The position numbers were made by a program, and so were the translations under genes. Positions 61,757-64,000 of a stretch of 64,000 nucleotides of DNA are shown here, piece by piece (position 1 is the first letter of the stretch; each line of letters starts with the position of its first letter). The notes under the pieces are model-generated. The model did not search any database. It saw only the letters and a list, made by a program, of their open reading frames with translations, and was not told the origin of the DNA. The stretch comes from an uncultured Planctomycetaceae bacterium (GTDB lineage Bacteria > Planctomycetota > Planctomycetia > Planctomycetales > Planctomycetaceae): NCBI GenBank assembly GCA_964646205.1, contig CAZYAZ010000005.1, positions 17,791 through 81,790 on the forward strand, in the 5' to 3' direction.

Positions 61757-62803
61757 ATGACGAGCCGTGAGCGGGTGATGGCCGCGTTGGCGGGCCAACC
61801 TGTGGATCGTACGCCGGTTTGCAATCCAACGTCTGTGGCGACGGTCGAACTGATGGATCTCGTCGACGCCCATTTTCCGGACGCGAATCGTGATGGCGCC
61901 AAGATGGCCCGGCTGGCGGCTACCAGTTACACCGAACTGGGTTTCGACAGTGTGATGCCGGTATTCACAATTATCCAAGAATCGTCAGCCCTGGGGTGTG
62001 AGATCCAGTGGGAAGCGAAGGACAACTGGCCGACGGTCCGGATGTCGCGACCAATCTGGAAGTCGGCTGACGACGTGAAAATGCCTTCGGACTTCCTGAA
62101 ACATCCGGATATCACCTGCGTGCTTGATGCGATTCGGAATTTGAGACGGGAGTTCGGTGACGAGGTCGCAATTGTTGGGAAGACGATGGGGCCCTGGACA
62201 CTCGGATACCACGTGTTTGGCGTGGAACCGTTCTTGTTGATGTCACTGGACGATCCTGGACAGACGAAACTGTGTCTTGACCGGATGAAGGAAATTACGA
62301 TTGCCTTTGGACAAGCGCAGATTGATGCAGGGGCAGACGCATTGACTCTGCCGGATCACGCAACCGGCGACCTGGTCAGTGGCGAGTACTACAGGGAGTT
62401 TCTGCGAGATCTACACACCGAGTTGGTCGATGAGATTCCGATCCCCTTGATTCTGCATATCTGCGGGCGAACGGTAGACAGAATGGACTACATCGCACAG
62501 ACCGGCCTGGCCGCGTTTCATTACGATTCGAAAAATGATCCCGCCGAATCGATGGAGATTGTTTCCGACCGCATTGCGCTGATTGGGAACATAAATAATC
62601 CTCAGACGTTGTTTGCGTGTGGGCCCGAAGAGGTTGCTAAAGAGGTGCTTCGGAACCTGGATGCCGGGGTTCCCCTGGTTGGTCCGGAATGCGCCATTCC
62701 ACTTCAAACAGCCATTGAGAACCTGAAAGAGATTCCACTGACCGTGCAACGGTGGCATGCGGAACGGGCCAATGAATCGGTGGCGGAGGGCAACGACGCA
62801 TGA
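61757..62803 (+). CDS. URO-D-superfamily methyltransferase of the MtaA/MtbA/MtsA (methylcobamide:thiol) type
   Basis: MTSRERVMAALAGQPVDRTPV is a typical MtaA N-terminus. LILHICG (HxC) plus GPECAIP match the Zn-ligand pattern of MtaA-type enzymes. The track ORF starts at 61694 with an atypical extension. Confidence 0.75.
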   Translation: MTSRERVMAALAGQPVDRTPVCNPTSVATVELMDLVDAHFPDANRDGAKMARLAATSYTELGFDSVMPVFTIIQESSALGCEIQWEAKDNWPTVRMSRPIWKSADDVKMPSDFLKHPDITCVLDAIRNLRREFGDEVAIVGKTMGPWTLGYHVFGVEPFLLMSLDDPGQTKLCLDRMKEITIAFGQAQIDAGADALTLPDHATGDLVSGEYYREFLRDLHTELVDEIPIPLILHICGRTVDRMDYIAQTGLAAFHYDSKNDPAESMEIVSDRIALIGNINNPQTLFACGPEEVAKEVLRNLDAGVPLVGPECAIPLQTAIENLKEIPLTVQRWHAERANESVAEGNDA

Positions 62804-63693
62804 GCAGATTCTTGGAACGAGTGGCTTCTGGAGAATTGTTGATTTCCGACGGGGCCACGGGGACCTATCTACAGGAAAACGGCCTGGAACCGGGTGGGTG
62901 CCCCGAAATATTCAACGTGAATCGTCCGGACGTTGTGCGAGGTATGGCGGCGGCCTATTACGAGGCGGGGTCGGACATCGTCGAAACAAACTCTTTCGGC
63001 GGTAGTCGGTACATGCTTGCAAAATATGGGCATGGCGATCGCGTGGAGGAGTTGAATCGGCGGGCCGGGGAATTGGCACGCGAGGCGGCGCCCGCGGATG
63101 GTTTCGTCCTGGGATCGATAGGGCCGACCGGAGAAATTCTTGAAGAAAAAGGGGGGACCGCTGACGCGGACGAAATGTACGAGGTGTTCTGCGAACAGGC
63201 CACCGGCCTGGCTGCTGGTGGAGTGGACGCGGTGTGTGTCGAGACGATGAGTGATGTGACTGGTGAAATGACACTGGCCATCCGGGCGGTCAAGGCCGCC
63301 ACGGGACTCCCAGTGGTGGCCACCCTGTGCTACGACCGGGGGCCCAGGGGGCTGTTCACAATGATGGGGGACACGCCGGAATCAACCGCGATGGCGTTGA
63401 CGGAGGCCGGCGCGGACGTTGTCGGTTCCAATTGTGGAATAGCTATCGGAGACATGATCGAGGTCATCACTGCGATGCGTGGAGTGACGGATCTCCCGAT
63501 CCTGACACATGTCAACGCCGGCATACCGAAGATCGTGTCCGGGGAAATTGTTTATCCCGATGAACCCGAATTCATGGCCGAGCAAATGCGGCGAGTGATT
63601 GCAGCGGGCGCGAATATCGTTGGAGGGTGTTGTGGCACGGGGCCAGAACACGTGAGGGCGTTCTCTTTACTCTTGCGGGACGAGGCGTCGTGA
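62800..63693 (+). CDS. stand-alone homocysteine S-methyltransferase domain protein (MetH N-terminal-domain-like)
   Basis: LLISDGATGTYLQ, VETNSFG, VGSNCG and IVGGCCGTGPEHV (Zn-binding Cys triad of Pfam S-methyl_trans type). The ATGA-type 4-nt overlap with the upstream gene was verified. Confidence 0.85.
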   Translation: MSRFLERVASGELLISDGATGTYLQENGLEPGGCPEIFNVNRPDVVRGMAAAYYEAGSDIVETNSFGGSRYMLAKYGHGDRVEELNRRAGELAREAAPADGFVLGSIGPTGEILEEKGGTADADEMYEVFCEQATGLAAGGVDAVCVETMSDVTGEMTLAIRAVKAATGLPVVATLCYDRGPRGLFTMMGDTPESTAMALTEAGADVVGSNCGIAIGDMIEVITAMRGVTDLPILTHVNAGIPKIVSGEIVYPDEPEFMAEQMRRVIAAGANIVGGCCGTGPEHVRAFSLLLRDEAS

Positions 63694-63735
63694 GGGAAAA
63701 GAGAGATACGGCCCTTCTGGATTCGCAGAGCGACG

Positions 63736-64000
63736 ATGCCTGAACTGACCGACATACCCAACGAATTTATTCGTGATGAACTCGACGAATTCGTTGAACG
63801 CGAGGATGAACGAGCCGAGTTGATTGGTCTCTATGCGGCTGGCGATCCGCATTTGCTGGAAATCGCAGCGGCAATCATCAGCGGCCGCAACGAGGACGCC
63901 GATCGGTTGACTCGGGAGGCTTTGTTGTCGGGCACAGCCGCGCTGGAAGTGATGGATGATGGCTTGATAGCCGGAATGGCACTGGTGGGGATCAAGTTCC
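63736..64000 (+). CDS. corrinoid (B12-binding) protein, N-terminal cap domain only; truncated by the window end
   Basis: Own translation from ATG 63736: MPELTDIPNEFIRDELDEFVEREDERAELIGLYAAGDPHLLEIAAAIISGRNEDADRLTREALLSGTAALEVMDDGLIAGMALVGIKF. The xxEALxxGxxxxxxxxxGLxxGMxxVGxxF pattern matches the B12-binding_2 cap helix bundle. The frame is open to base 64000. Confidence 0.65.
   Translation, partial: MPELTDIPNEFIRDELDEFVEREDERAELIGLYAAGDPHLLEIAAAIISGRNEDADRLTREALLSGTAALEVMDDGLIAGMALVGIKF

Noticed and set aside
1-64000. Defence systems, CRISPR arrays, prophage or mobile elements, toxin-antitoxin pairs, RNA genes
   Set aside because: Scanning the intergenic regions and ORF translations on both strands turned up no regularly spaced repeats. 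I also found no nuclease, helicase, reverse-transcriptase, integrase or transposase motifs, and no tRNA- or rRNA-like segments. All intergenic gaps are shorter than about 400 nt.

Overview
GC-rich, densely coding chromosomal segment. The gene content looks like Planctomycetota: five DUF1501 paralogues, two PSCyt/DUF1549/DUF1553 giants, Tat-signal Gfo/Idh/MocA oxidoreductases, a sulfatase and a DUF1080 fusion. This taxon call is an inference from gene content only. I support about 50 protein-coding genes, mostly in short co-directional operons with ATGA-type start/stop overlaps. I saw no rRNA, tRNA, CRISPR array, transposase, integrase, phage gene or recognisable defence gene.

Content from left to right:
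- Exported glycan and organic-matter degradation genes: SGNH hydrolase, esterases, sulfatase, GH109-like and NeuB-like enzymes, and beta-propeller hydrolase-like paralogues.
- Three DUF1501-centred modules with different partners.
- A TolC + HlyD + split ABC (two FtsX permeases + ATPase) efflux cluster carrying two cysteine-rich accessory ORFs.
- MFS transporter, M19 dipeptidase, UppP, and a MoaD-like protein convergent with an aldehyde:ferredoxin oxidoreductase.
- A DUF1080-PQQ dehydrogenase fusion and an outer-membrane beta-barrel.
- At the right edge, a block of unknown small or Cys-rich ORFs followed by a corrinoid-dependent methyltransferase trio that is cut by the window end.

I did not find a clear-cut, self-contained new system. 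The best candidates for follow-up are:
- the MetH-like but pterin-domain-less corrinoid module with its unknown upstream ORFs (59.9-64 kb);
- the accessory-laden ABC/TolC efflux cluster (36.8-44.1 kb);
- the non-canonical DUF1501 partnerships (17.7-30.7 kb and 46.9-49.1 kb).

All functional calls come from motif and architecture recognition by eye. No searches were run. Start codons were chosen from signal peptides, RBS-like purine runs and overlaps, and several remain uncertain.
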